A stretch of DNA of 64,000 nt from Eledone cirrhosa (lineage: Eukaryota): contig OZ024740.1 of NCBI GenBank assembly GCA_964016885.1, positions 92,070,001 through 92,134,000 of the forward strand, in the 5' to 3' direction. The notes under the pieces are model-generated. The model saw only the letters and a list, made by a program, of their open reading frames with translations, had not been told where the DNA came from and did not search any database. Shown here in pieces: positions 23,808 to 37,174 of this stretch. A program made the translations under genes and the position numbers. Numbering within the stretch: position 1 is the first letter of the stretch; every line of letters begins with the position of its first letter.

Positions 23808-26458
23808 AAACAAGTAATGACAGTAGAACAGAAATCAGAGAAATAAGAGAAAGTAATAGGATTAAAAGGAGAAGGGAGACTAAGGACAAAGAGAATAACC
23901 AAGACGAACACACAGACACACAAAATAGGGTAGATAACAACATTGAGCCAGTGGAAAGAGACAGGAGTAATTATGAGAGACATAGAAACAACCATGAAGC
24001 TGAGGCTGCTGCTGTTGGTGGAAATAGAAACAACACAACTAACAATAGCACTAGTACACATAAAGCAGCAGCCTGGAACTTTCCGTTTTATAACCCCTCC
24101 GATAAATCATTCGACCTACGACGAGTCCACGCCACGACTTTGCCATTTAACAAACGCACGCAGTTGCCGTCGCAGGTCGATGAACAAACAGAAGCACAAT
24201 TTAGTATAGCTAAATCCGAACTTAGAAATATTATAGAACAGTATAGCAAGAAGCATAATAGAATAGAGGCCCAGCAACTGGGAGAAGAATCTGCAAATGG
24301 CTTGCGTAAGCTCATGCAGCGCTCGCGTAATGGAGAGATAGCATGCTTTCCAACAGACAAGTCTGGCAGAATGTCGGTTGACAGCCTGCCAAACTACATC
24401 CAGGCAATGCAACCCCACATCACTAACACAAGAGAGGTAACACCACAGGAGCATGAGGATAGAGAAAAAACCCTCAATGCCCATATGGTGATGTGGACAA
24501 ATATAATGCAGCCCAACAAAAGGACTGCCAACAACTTCCAGGCCTGGAACAATGACGTGCCGGCGTTGTATGGGCTTCGAAAAGACCATAAAACGGGCTG
24601 GGACTCTGTCGCGGGACCACCAACACGGCCAGTCTGTGGGGCTAACATTGCTAGTAACTACAGACTGTCCTACTTCCTCTCCCTGATCATACGCACCATC
24701 ATTGAGATGTCCCCAGATGTGTGTGACAGCACGGAGGACCTCCTCAGCAGAATCGGCGCGGGTAACCGATCTGGGGACCTAACAAACTGCATAATAGGCA
24801 GTATGGATGTTGTGTCTCTGTATCCATCTATTGACGTGGATTTTGCTGTGGAGAAATGCGTCGAAATGATCAGCGAGAGCAAGGTTGAGTTCCGTGGGAT
24901 TGATACCAGTGAGCTGGGACTTCTACTTAAGCTTGCCCATAGTAATAGTTACCTAGACACTTATGACCTTAGCAACCTGTGCCCTACAAGACCAGCAAGA
25001 GGCAGACCACCTACCATTACCTCAATGGCCAAGAAAACCCACACAGATAGATGGAACGGGTGGACCAGAGCCATACGGACACCCGAAAACCACGATGAAC
25101 TGAAGAAAATGATTGCACATGCGGTAGGGGCCAGCATAAAATTAACCCTTAAGGAACATATGTTCAAATTTAATGGTAAAACATATGCCCAAGAGGAAGG
25201 AGCAGACATTGGTGTTAGCATTGCAGGCGACATAGCTAACTTGTTCATGGTATGGTGGGACAGTAGACTTAAACAAAAACTTAATGAACAATTAGAAGAC
25301 AGCTTAACCCTGATAATGTACTCCCGCTACGTAGATGATATAAACATCGTAGTTAAGACACCCCCACTAAAGAACAGTCAGGAACCAGAGAAAAACAGAA
25401 TGGAAAGCATCCAGCAAATAGCAAACTCCATCCACCAGAGCATTAGAGTTACTATAGACTACCCAAGTAGACACCCCAACCATCGATTACCTGTACTAGA
25501 CACAGAGCTCTGGTTAGATACTATTAACAACCAAAAACAAATCCTCCATTCCCATTATGCCAAACCCATGACTTCCAAACATCTGATCCACCGAAACTCG
25601 GCCATTTCGGACCATACCAAAATCAACATACTGATTGCGGATTTGGTACGGGTGATGAGAAATGTGTCCCGCATGTGCAACCCCGAAGAACTAGAGAGAC
25701 ACATACAACACTTCATCCACCGTATGCAGTTCTCTGGCTACAATCAGAGAGATAGAATCAGAGTGTATAAAGGAGCCAGAACCAAATGGTAAAAAATGGT
25801 AAATAATGATATAAATGGGACCTGCCCCTTGTATAGGAGCAAATTTTGGAATAGAATAGAAAGAACTAAGAACAAGGCCAATAGAATAAACTCATGGTAT
25901 GATAGCAATAAATACCAGAGTGTAATGTTCATCAATACAACTCCTAGAGGCGAACTAGCCTACAAATTTAGAAGAGCCCTAAAGAAACATAATCTCAATA
26001 TTAAGATAGTAGAAAGACCTGGTACCTCCGTAAAAACACTTATTAGCAAGACATACCCGTTCCAAAGACCCTCATGTATAGATAAGAAATGTATAACCTG
26101 TAAAATAAGCCCCCATATTAACTGTAAAACTAGAAATGTAGTATATAGCATAAGATGTACTGAAGGACAATGTAGAAACAAAAATATAGTGTACATAGGT
26201 GAGACAGCTCGTAGTATAGGGGAACGAATAAATGAACACTGGCGAGACCTCCAAGATAGTAAAGAATCTTCTGTGCTCTACCAACATGCTAAGATAGAAC
26301 ACAGGGGTAAATTAGAGAGCATAGAAATAAAAATAGAATCCACACACAAGAAAGACGCAATGTTTAGGCAAATTACAGAGGCAGTAAGCATAAAAGAATT
26401 AAAACCAAAATTAAATAGAAAATACGAGTGGAACAGCAACATCACAATTTACAATTAA
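23808..26458 (+). pseudogene. Second copy of the same RT/GIY-YIG ORF, with a nonsense mutation
   Basis: ORFs 23951-25792 and 25796-26458 are in frame; GAA became TAA at 25790-25792; GAAIG became GADIG. Confidence 0.92.
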
Positions 26459-26755
26459 GGACAAAATGAAAACACACACACACATAGAACAAACAACTTA
26501 CAATTGAAAACACACACAAAATGAAAACACACACAAGACAAAATGAAAACACACACACACATAGAACAAACAACCAACCAACAACAAATAAATAAATAAA
26601 CAAACAAATATAAATAGAAAAATAGAAAAATGAACACAAACACACACAGACACCCGGATGTGGCGCATGCGCAAACTGAACACGCAACCCACACACAAAC
26701 AAAATGGCGTAGGATAGAAGAAAGGAAAGGCACAGAAACGAAGAAAGAAATCCCC

Positions 26756-26800
26756 AGTCACTGAAGAGGTCACAGAGTGTGTGACGAAAGAACTATGACT
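26756..26800 (+). ncRNA. Minimal type I hammerhead ribozyme in PLE 3' region
   Basis: agtca-CTGAAGA-g-GTCACAgagtgTGTGAC-GAAA-gaa-CTA-tgact. Confidence 0.8.
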
Positions 26801-26951
26801 ATATATATATAAACAACTATCTGGTTGTGGAACCAACCAACCAACCAGAAATTTATAAATTTGTAAATTTATAAATATATATTAAATTAAATTGAAGTGA
26901 AAGCAACTGGTGCGTGTGTTTCTTATTGGCAACATGACCCTCCCAAAGTAT

Positions 26952-27094
<143 letters not shown>

Positions 27095-27201
27095 ATCAGT
27101 ACATCTACCAACATATGTGCACAGATGTACACTCATGCTAGCAAATATATAAGTTATGTCTTAGTACCTATGTGGTTCTATGCAGGTGAATGCAGAACAA
27201 T

Positions 27202-27317
27202 TATATGATAGACGTAAATAAGAAAATTTAAAAAATAAAAAATCAACTTACTTACTAAAAAGTAAGTAAGTTGATTTTTAATTTTTAAAATTTTCTTATT
27301 TTACGTCTTTCATATAT
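27202..27317. repeat. Near-perfect AT-rich palindrome with TA-like flanks
   Basis: agacgtaaataagaaaatttaaaaaataaaaaatcaacttacttact-aaaa-agtaagtaagttgatttttaatttttaaaattttcttattttacgtct. Confidence 0.85.
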
Positions 27318-28415
27318 ATATAAATATTTATATATATGTGTGTTGCTGTGTGTGTGTCTGTGTGCATGGGATACGCAATGTTTTCCGTTGTTGAAGTTTT
27401 GTAGAAATTCACTTCGTCCTGCTCCGTGTCGTCTTTTATCCTAATACTACTATTAAATCTAAAGAATATATCACGACCATAAACTATATATTATCGTAAA
27501 ACCAACCGTATTACTGATTTAGCGATTCATTTCTCTGCTGTGATGTATCTAAGAAATTTCCTTCACAATCATGTTGTTTCTGATTCACCCTTGAATACTC
27601 GAATTCCGTCTAGGGTGAGTGACTGACGAACAAAACATATCTAATTCGTTTTTTATAGGTAATTTTCTTTACGTATTTTGCTGACTGAATCGAAATCTAT
27701 ACGTCTAGGAGAGTTGTCACGGAGCACGAGAAGAATTCAACATAATTATGTAATATAGTAACGTGTATAAATGCAAAGTACTTACATCATGGTAGATTGA
27801 AAAAATGATGAGTACATAATCACTTTTCAAATGTATATATTAATTTAAATTGACTTATAGATGCATGATTTTTTTTAAGGTTGAAAGAAATATGGACCGA
27901 CGAATATCCGAAAAGGATGTGTGAGTCAGCAATTATACATCTTAAAGGAATTAGTTATTGGTTTCACTACATTTCACTGATCATGTGCCCACTTGAATGG
28001 ATTTATTGTACGATTAGCATATTGAAACGCACAACAATAACGATACTAACTCACTTACCAAATACCATGCAAATATTAGCTGCAATTCCTCCTAGGAATA
28101 TAAAAGAATGAATTTTCGTGCGAGTGGAATAGTTTTGCTACAATGTAAGCAGAATTAACACCATGCAAATGTGTGGTATCAATATGTTCGTATTAAATGA
28201 ATATATATATATATATTTTTTAAATCTGTAAATATTTAAATATTTAAATACAGTTTAATATATTATTTAGATATTTACTGTACAATGTGATATCCAAATG
28301 TTATATTTCTGTTACATAATACTATTGACAAGATATTCCTTTGTGAACATGAAACATATCAATTAGTTTCTCTTGATAAATTGATTATAGATTCAATAAT
28401 ATTCCGAAATCAAGG

Positions 28416-28476
<61 letters not shown>

Positions 28477-28727
28477 CTTAATATATTTTAATATACTATT
28501 ATAATTTATTTCATCGTACCCCGTATTATTACGAACAATATGCCAATGCATCATTGAGAAATATATTCACGTGGAAATCAAGCCGTATCAAATGGAAGCA
28601 GTTGCTTTGGCCAGGGCCCACATCAAGATGTGCTTGTACATGCCGGTACAGCTAACGCAGTGCTATTGCAATGATATGGATGATAATATCAGGATCGTTT
28701 CCTTTGTGTATAACTCAGCTTCATATA

Positions 28728-28833
28728 GAAGAAAAAGAAGAAGAAGAAGAAGAAGAAGAAGAAGAAGAAGAAGAAGAAGAAGAAGAAGAAGAAGAAGAAG
28801 AAGAAGAAGAAGAAGAAGAAGAAGAAGAAGAAA
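28728..28833. repeat. (GAA)n microsatellite
   Basis: Direct reading. Confidence 0.95.
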
Positions 28834-30137
28834 ATGAAAATGAGGAGGAGGAGACGGGATTAAGAAAATATAATGATAGTTAGAATTAATTATTTTCTTT
28901 ATCACATTTGGTTGTATAAAATCTCATTTCTCCATGTTAAGAAAATATAATTCATTTGACTTACATTGGCTTTGATTTAATTAAATCATTACAATTTGTC
29001 CTTTCGAAAATTGATTTGGGTGCCATATTGTTAGAAATACTATTATTGCTACGTAATATGAATAGGCATACACATTTGTATTTTCATTATTTTGTTTTTC
29101 AAATATATTTTCTGAACATACAATGAAGGCAATTTCTAACAAAAGACTAGCAGAGTTAAATTCTTAATAGAAAATTGATTTTTGTAGAAGTTATCCTGGA
29201 TTCCTTTTAGATACATGATTTCTATTTTTAATTCCATATTAATAATTGAGTCACACGATTGTTCCGTTTAATTAGTGACGTAAAAATGAATCTTTCAAAA
29301 ACAGGTCACCATAATTTATCAGGGACAATAGCCTAATCCCATGATATATGATAAATATACACCCTTGGAACTGTAACTTTTGGTTTCTTATAACAAATAG
29401 CAAATATTGTCAATAAACACACAAACACACACACAGACACGCACACACACACGCACACACACGCACACACACGCACACACACGGTCACACACGAACAAAC
29501 ACACGGTCACACACACACATATATATATATTTGAAAAAAGGAAAATAATTACTTCAGTTGTAGTTCTAATAAATTAATTTAATTTTATATGATCATATTG
29601 AGTTGGTAGATCTAGTAAGTTATTTGTTAACTTTGGTGGGAAGATTTTTAAAGATTCCGGTTAACTTTCCAGGTGAACTTTCTCGCATTAGTCTGTGGCG
29701 ATTGTCAAACAGAGATCAGGTTCTGTTGTGATGTGTGACTCTATATATAAGAGAGATTTAGATACCTCTGGGGGTGGGGTGCGGTGTTAATGAGTGTGGG
29801 AGTGAAGGCGTGTTGATGAAGATTTAAAGGAATTAAAACATACCCACACACAAATAAACACACACATATACATATATACACAGAAAATAGTGACTGTTGT
29901 CAGCAATATAATCGGAGGCGAGTGTTTATGAAAGGCGCTGTAAAAGTTCCCTGCTGCTGGTTCCATTTCAATAAATGAGTTTTGATGAATATAATGGCAG
30001 GATTTTTCTTATATTATACAAACGTATGTATGTATATGTATATATATCATTTCTGATTTTTGCGTTTCGCTTCGCTTTTCCTGCCCGCCGAAAATGCGAT
30101 TCTCCCTGAAGCTATATTTGTATATATATATATATAT

Positions 30138-30182
30138 ATTTCGTTTCTGAATTTGTTTGGCAACATGACCCTCCCAAAGTAT

Positions 30183-30190
<8 letters not shown>
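30138..30190. mobile_element. 53-bp micro-insertion: the two 3' termini of the 20-27 kb PLE family fused head-to-head
   Basis: atttcgtttctgaatttgttt + ggcaacatgaccctcccaaagtataacaatat between (TA)n tracts. Confidence 0.88.
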
Positions 30191-30238
<48 letters not shown>

Positions 30239-30593
30239 CATACGGAGTAAAATATTTATTACATGATATACGCACAAAAAAGGTTAAACTACGCTGATCT
30301 ATCGACATATAGAATGAGCGCAAACTGAATTTACGTTAAAGTTATAAATATAGATATATAATTGCTTGACTTGCCTTCGTTAATGTTTCTAAGTATTTTA
30401 TTATTTATCTGTGACACACATGTTTTCTCTTCTCCCCCAATAATCGCAATGTTCGTTAGACCATGAGACAATACTCCCTCTCAAAAATTACATTCGTAGA
30501 GGGCAGTTCGGAATATTGTCATTTCGATGAGTGTCTCGTGACTCGCCGATTACCTCACTGCGATTTAGTTGCTCTTTGACTGAATATATACGT

Positions 30594-30675
<82 letters not shown>

Positions 30676-31045
30676 CACACACACACACACACACATGTTT
30701 ACGCACGTGCTCAAATGTAGCTAATTATACAAAACGTTTTTTTTTTTCATTTCAGGTTGACGCATTCCATCATCCACTTTTCTAAAAAAACAAATCAAAC
30801 ACAAAACGCCAGCACCAACAGTTTTGTAAGATATGTCAACATGAATGGGCCTCTAATTTTTATCTGAAGACATTTTTTTCCAATTTCATCCCACTCGTCC
30901 CCCAAATCTATTTTATTTCTCATTCTTTCTTCTTTTTAAGGACTAGCGACTAGCGTCCGAAACGTTAAAAACCATCTTCCTGCTATATTAAGCGTTAACC
31001 TAATATATACCTTCCATATACCTTTTACATACAGACATATATATA

Positions 31046-31140
<95 letters not shown>

Positions 31141-31425
31141 ATAATAATATATATATATATATTATTATTACTATAATAATATATATATATATATAATAAT
31201 ACATATATATTTCGTTTCTGAATTTGTTTAGCAAGATTCTTTATCTGAAATCGTGTGTTGAAACCGATATTGTTATACTTTGGGAGGGTCATGTTGCCAA
31301 TAAGAAACACACGCACCAGTTGCTTTCACTTCAATTTAATTTATTATATATTTATAAATTTACAAATTTATAAATTTCTGGTTGGTTGGTTGGTTCCACA
31401 ACCAGATAGTTGTTTATATATATAT

Positions 31426-31470
31426 AGTCATAGTTCTTTCGTCACACACTCTGTGACCTCTTCAGTGACT
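31426..31470 (-). ncRNA. Minimal type I hammerhead ribozyme
   Basis: Same sequence as 20576-20620. Confidence 0.8.
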
Positions 31471-33085
31471 GGGGATTTCTTTCTTCGTTTCTGTGCCTTT
31501 CCTTTCTTCTATCCTACGCCATTTTGTTTGTGTGTGGGTTGCGTGCTCAGTATGCGCATGCGCCACATCCGGGTGTCTGTGTGTGTTTGTGTTCATTTTT
31601 CTACTTTTCTATTTATATTTTTCTATTTGTTTATTTATTTATTTATTTATTGTTGGTTGGTTGTTTGTTCTATGTGTGTGTGTGTTTTCATTTTGTCCTT
31701 AATTGTAAGTTGTGATGTTGCTGTTCCACTCATATTTTCTATTTAATTTTGGTTTTAATTCTTTTATGCTTACTGCCTCTGTAATTTGCCTAAACATTGC
31801 GTCTTTCTTGTGTGTGGATTCTATTTTTATTTCTATGCTCTCTAATTTACCCCTGTGTTCTATCTTAGCATGTTGGTAGAGCACAGATGATTCTTTATTA
31901 TCTTGGAGGTCTCGCCAGTGTTCATTTATTCGTTCCCCTATACTACGAGCTGTCTCACCTATGGACACTATATTTTTGTTTCTACATTGTCCTTCAGTAC
32001 ATCTTATGCTATATACTACATTTCTAGTTTTACAGTTAATATGGGGGCTTATTTTACAGGTTATACATTTCTTATCTATACATGAGCGTCTTTGGAACGG
32101 GTATGTCTTGCTAATAAGTGTGTTTACGGAGGTACCAGGTCTTTCTACTATCTTAATATTGAGATTATGTTTCTTTTGGAATAGAATAGAAAGAACTAGG
32201 AACAAGGCCAATAGAAAAAACTCATGGTATGATAGCAATAAATACCAGAGTGTAATGTTCATCAATACAACCCCTAGAGGCGAACTAGCCTACAAATTTA
32301 GAAGGGCCCTAAAGAAACATAATCTCAATATTAAGATAGTAGAAAGACCTGGTACCTCCTTAAAAACACTTATTAGCAAGACATACCCGTTCCAAAGACC
32401 CTCGTGTATAGATAAGAAATGTATAATCTGTAAAATAAGCCCCCATATTAACTGTAAAACTAGAAATGTAGTATATAGCATAAGATATACTGAAGGACAA
32501 TGTAGAAACAAAAATATAGTGTACATAGGTGAGACAGCTCGTAGTATAGGGGAACGAATAAATGAACACTGGCGAGACCTCCAAGATAATAAAGAATCAT
32601 CTGTGCTCTACCAACATGCTAAGATAGAACACAGGGGTAAATTAGAGAGCATAGAAATAAAAATAGAATCCACACACAAGAAAGACGCAATGTTTAGGCA
32701 AATTACAGAGGCAGTAAGCATAAAAGAATTAAAACCAAAATTAAATAGAAAATATGAGTGGAACAGCAACATCACAACTTACAATTAAGGACAAAATGAA
32801 AACACACACACACATAGAACAAACAACTTACAATTGAAAACACACACAACATGAAAACACACACAAGACAAAATGAAAACACACACACACATAGAACAAA
32901 CAACCAACCAACAATAAATAAATAAATAAATAAACAAATAGAAAAGTATAAATAGAAAAATGAACACAAACACACACAGACACCTGGATGTGGCGCATGC
33001 GCAAACTGAGCACACAACCCACACACAAACAAAATGGCGTAGGATAGAAGAAAGGAAAGGCACAGAAACGAAGAAAGAAATCCCC

Positions 33086-33130
33086 AGTCACTGAAGGGGT
33101 CACATAGTGTGTGACGAAAGAACTATGACT
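33086..33130 (+). ncRNA. Hammerhead copy with a core mutation (CTGAAGG)
   Basis: agtca-CTGAAGG-g-GTCACAtagtgTGTGAC-GAAA-gaa-CTA-tgact. Confidence 0.65.
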
Positions 33131-33348
33131 ATATATATATAAACAACTATCTGGTTGTGGAACCAACCAACCAACCAGAAATTTATAAATTTGTAAATTT
33201 ATAAATATATAATAAATTAAATTGAAGTGAAAGCAACTGGTGCGTGTGTTTCTTATTGGCAACATGACCCTCCCAAAGTATAACAATATATATATATATA
33301 TAATAATAATATACATATATATATAGTAATAATAGAAATAATAAGGTT

Positions 33349-33399
33349 AGTTTCAGAAGATCCCGTTAAGGGTGAAAGCAACGATTCTTTGCTTAAACT
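33349..33399 (+). ncRNA. Stand-alone type I hammerhead with full stem III and a U4A core change
   Basis: agttt-CAGAAGA-tCCCgttaaGGGt-GAAA-GCAAcgattctTTGC-TT-aaact in a ~90-bp island between (TA)n tracts. Confidence 0.65.
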
Positions 33400-33415
33400 T
33401 TAATCTGTTATGTTA

Positions 33416-33465
<50 letters not shown>

Positions 33466-33556
33466 CGGAGGAAATGTAGTAAGGAACCAGGTGGACCATA
33501 ACGCACCAAAGTACTCAATACTTAGGGTAGTAGAGTGGGTAATAGGAACGAGTAGG

Positions 33557-33652
33557 ACACCGACGGCTGAGCTCAAGCCGTTTCGACGGCTAATTCTGGA
33601 CTAAATGAAAATGTTTATCCTGGTATTTGACTAGCCAAGCTTTTCAAGGGGT
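33557..33652 (-). ncRNA. Hammerhead, U3-A8 variant, long stem II (stem I mismatch)
   Basis: Minus: acccc-TTGAAAA-gcttGGCTA...TAGCCgtc-GAAA-CGGCTtgagctcAGCCG-TC-ggtgt. Confidence 0.7.
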
Positions 33653-34759
33653 AATTCCATATATGGTAAAAGTGATTGTCACAAGGATTGGTCAAAAGTT
33701 TGTTGTTGAGACATAATAATTCTATCATGGCAATTTGTGGGGGGCGGGTAGCTGAACCTGCCAGTAGGATAAAGAGGGAGAGGGGGTGGATGAGACCAGT
33801 CATGCGTTGATAGTGCCGACTACAGTTTGGCATGAGGTCAAAGAAGATAATAGGGAGAGAGAAGAGGGGGAGTCGAGACAATAAATAAAACAATATGGGG
33901 TAAATATATAGAAAAAATACCGAGAATGTTAAAAAGCAATTAAATGTGAAAAAAAACAAAACAATTTATGGTTACTACGACCTAAATCTCTCACTGGTAC
34001 TGCTAGGCTAATGAAACGTTTACTAGGTGGGACGGAATTATAATGAGACCCTTTTAAGAGGTATAAGTAATAAACCGAGTATCTCTTACGGTGACGGGTC
34101 AACAAGTGAAGGTCCAAAATACTAAAGAAACTTCCACGAAATAATAAATAAGTAAATAAAGGCTTCTACCCCAGGCACAAGGACAGCAACCACCCAGTGC
34201 AAAAAAATAAACTAATACGAAATAATAATTCAGAATCCCGAAAAAGAATACTAATACTATCTCTAAGGGTGCCGCCACGATACAAAAATTCTAGTGCAAA
34301 CTACATAAATGCTCCTACGAAGTATATGCAAAATTTCATACGGAAAATTAATTCAGAATCCCCCCCCCCCCCAAGTACTGATATACGAGAAATTAAAGCA
34401 AATATACCACTAAGAAATATAGAAAGCAAGGAAAAGGGGCAGCGATCGGATAAAAAGGCTAGTATCTGGGGTCTAACACATCTGCTATATAAAGCGGAGT
34501 CGGCCAAATCTATCATAGAATAGGGGAAGGAGTGGGGGTACTGAGGCTACAAAGGACCGAGGGCTGCCTCGGGTGGGCGAGAAAATGAAAAGGACGACGA
34601 CAAAGAAAGAGGACTGGGGTTGATGGACTAGGGAGGCATGGGGGGAAGAAGGAAATATAGATGAAGCGATAAAAAAATGTAAAAGAAGATCTTACGTCTA
34701 CCTTTACAAGCAGGGGTTACCCATTACAAAATCGGCAAGTGGGGTGTTATAGACCTAGT

Positions 34760-37040
34760 CTATGGGTCATTACGGGGCTTGAGGGCGAGGGAACTCTTAC
34801 GCAATCTGTGTTTACATGCAGTAACCAGTTCTTCTTTCTTGTTTAGGAGTTGGTCCGTCGAAAACAACATTTGTAAAGTATCCTCCGAGCATAAATTGCA
34901 CGGACGGCGTCCTCCCGTGTAAGAGTTGGCTCTGGACAGTAAGTTCCAAGTGACATCATAGGTAATGCTGTTATCCTTGAGGTCCCATATGTGGCCCGAA
35001 AGTGTAGTGGCGTGACGCCGGCCCGGGTTTCGGAAGGTATGTCTGTGTTGGTATAGCCGTGTATTGAAGTCACATGCGGTTAATCCTATATAAGCTTTGT
35101 TGGAGGTGTCCGTCCTCACGTTGCACTGGTAGATCACATTACGATATCTGCATCTGTTGTCGAGAGGGCAAATGGATCCATCAGGACAGTTGCACCTCCT
35201 CGTCGGCTCTCCACTGCTATTTAGGTTATTTCTTCCATAGGGGTTGAGTTTTTTGTTGTTAGAGGAGACGATGTTTTGTGCAAAGTTTGGTGTGGTGCTG
35301 TAAGAGAGTTTGATGGTATTTTTGTTAATTATGTTGTGGTAGCGGTGTTGTAGTGGGAAGTGATTTTCAATGAGCCTAAAGAAGATTTTCCCGATAGGTG
35401 TTGTCACCACGGCGTTGTGGGGAGGATTGAACCATGTTACATTGCGTGAGCGGCGGTGTCGCCTGCTGGTTCCGCGAATGGAAGCTGGACAGTAGGATAT
35501 TTCCTCCCGGAAACTACTCCGCTTGAGGGCCTGGTTGTAATAAGGCGCATATTCCTCGAATATCTGCTCATTAGCTGACAAACGGGATATGCAGAGGCAG
35601 ATTTTTTTAACCAGGTTATTGGTGATATTCCTAGGATGGTTTGACCGGCGGTGGATGTAGTGCAGGTTGTCGTTAGGTTTCCTGTATGGGTAGTACAGAT
35701 CAAATCGAGGTCAAGGGTAAGGTCCAGGAAGTTTACTCGGGTCAGGGACGTTTGTAGGATTATTTTAAATCCCCAGTAGCGGAAGAAGCTGATTAATTGT
35801 TTACGGAACCGATCTGTACTACTGGGGTTGTACCCTTTAAGGGTAATGAGCCCATCATCACGGTACAATCCACCGCCGAATGCAGAAAACATATCGGTGA
35901 GTTTGGCTATAAGGAATAATCCTATAAGATCTGTGACCTCAGCCGAATCCGTCGCGCCCATGCTGACGTCGAAGGGTGAGTCGGGAGCTCTCTTTATCCA
36001 TTTGGAGTTGTCGAAGAGTAAGACGGTCTTCCTGGCGTGGAGGATGATGTTTCCTTCCTGGTCGGTGATGGGCACAAGTACTTCGGCGAAGTCCAAGGCA
36101 GCCGTAAGTAGCGGTAAGGTGATTGAAGCATAGTAACGCTCTATGTCAAACTTGATGAATTTAGTGTCTCGTTTTTCCTCCATATTGCTGAACCATGAGA
36201 TTACTTCCTCGGTGTTGACCCATAGGATAAGTCTGGCGTGTTGCTTAACTTTTGGTATAACGCGGTCTAGGATTTTTTGGCTGATTCTCCCTATGTCGGA
36301 CTTCGTTGGGTTTATAAGTTTACGGTCGAAATCGGATTTGTGGTCCTTCAGTGTGATGTAAGGTGTCCGTGGGTCTAGGGGTTCCGTGCGGTCGGCGACC
36401 CCGAGGCTGGAGGTAATGTGTTGTCCATCTCGAATTATGTCCTTGATGCATGAGGGTTAGCCTTTTTATAGGTGGAGTTTAGGCTTCTCCTGATCAGTAC
36501 GTGGCATCTGTCGGGGTTGACAAAGTAGAGGTTACCAGTTTTATCCGAGTGCACCATGATGTCATTGGTGTTATCATATTCTGTTAAGTTGCTACGGAGT
36601 TTTTGTAGGAATCGGTTGTGTCTGGGATTGAATTTAATGTTCTTGACCAGTTGGAAAAGGTCATTCTCGAAGAGTGAGAGCATAGGGTTCGGAGGGGGAG
36701 ATTTGTAGGTAATAAATCCGAATCTCTCCTTGGCACCGAAGTCCTGATTGTCGCAATATCTGTCGTAGAAAAAAGTTCTCCATCTAAGTCTTTTCGCAAA
36801 TAGATCAATTTTTTGCGTGAGCATCCGAAGGTAAAGTTTTTTCGGTGCGACTGGGATGTTCTTGGTAGAGAAGTCGATGTTGTGTTTTCGAATGGTGCGG
36901 GTGAAAGAACTTGCGCTTAGCGGAAAAGTCGGGATACGGCGTGGTAGGTGCGGAAAGTGCTCTACTACGGGAATCGGATCTAGATAACGGAGGAAATGTA
37001 GTAAGGAACCAGGTGGACCATAACGCACCAAAGTACTCAC
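34760..37040 (-). pseudogene. Naiad-like RT + GIY-YIG ORF broken by two frameshifts (~36435 and ~35700) and probably a third near 35610
   Basis: DFSTKNIP...KRLRWRTFFY...FENDL, SDKTGNLY, ITLKDHK, FIKFDIERYYASI, FDVSMGATDSAE, GLYRDDGL, VNFLDLTLDL, NVTWFNPP, CNC...CPL...C, VIYQC...YIGLT, CNLC, LLNKK.ELV..CKH. Confidence 0.92.
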
Positions 37041-37078
37041 TACTTAGGGTAGTAGAGTGGGTAATAGGAACGAGTAGG

Positions 37079-37174
37079 ACCCCGACGGCTGAGCTCAAGC
37101 CGTTTCGACGGCTAATTCTGGACTAAATGAACATTTTTATACTGGTATTTGAATAGCCGAGCTTCTCAAGGGGT
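37079..37174 (-). ncRNA. Hammerhead, U3-A8 variant, long stem II, intact copy in the 5' pseudo-LTR
   Basis: Minus: acccc-TTGAGAA-gctCGGCTAttc...gaatTAGCCGtc-GAAA-CGGCTtgagctcAGCCG-TC-ggggt. Confidence 0.78.

Larger units (their letters stand above)
31209..33289. mobile_element. 2.1-kb head-to-head pair of 5'-truncated copies (GIY-YIG + 3' region) of the 20-27 kb PLE family
   Basis: Junction at ~32173-32176 with ttt overlap; ORFs 31699-32265(-) and 31961-32788(+) are junction chimeras that contain the GIY-YIG domain. Confidence 0.93.

Noticed and set aside
20918-26458. A-to-I editing signature between palindrome arms
   Set aside because: The differences I could read (G/T, C/A, T/C, C/G) are not biased to A/G.
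21122-26836. Short antisense and alternate-frame ORFs overlapping the PLE ORF and its 3' region
   Set aside because: Shadow ORFs; they are duplicated only because the element is duplicated.
31699-32788. Stand-alone GIY-YIG nuclease genes with novel hydrophobic N-termini
   Set aside because: The N-termini are antisense sequence read across the inversion junction.
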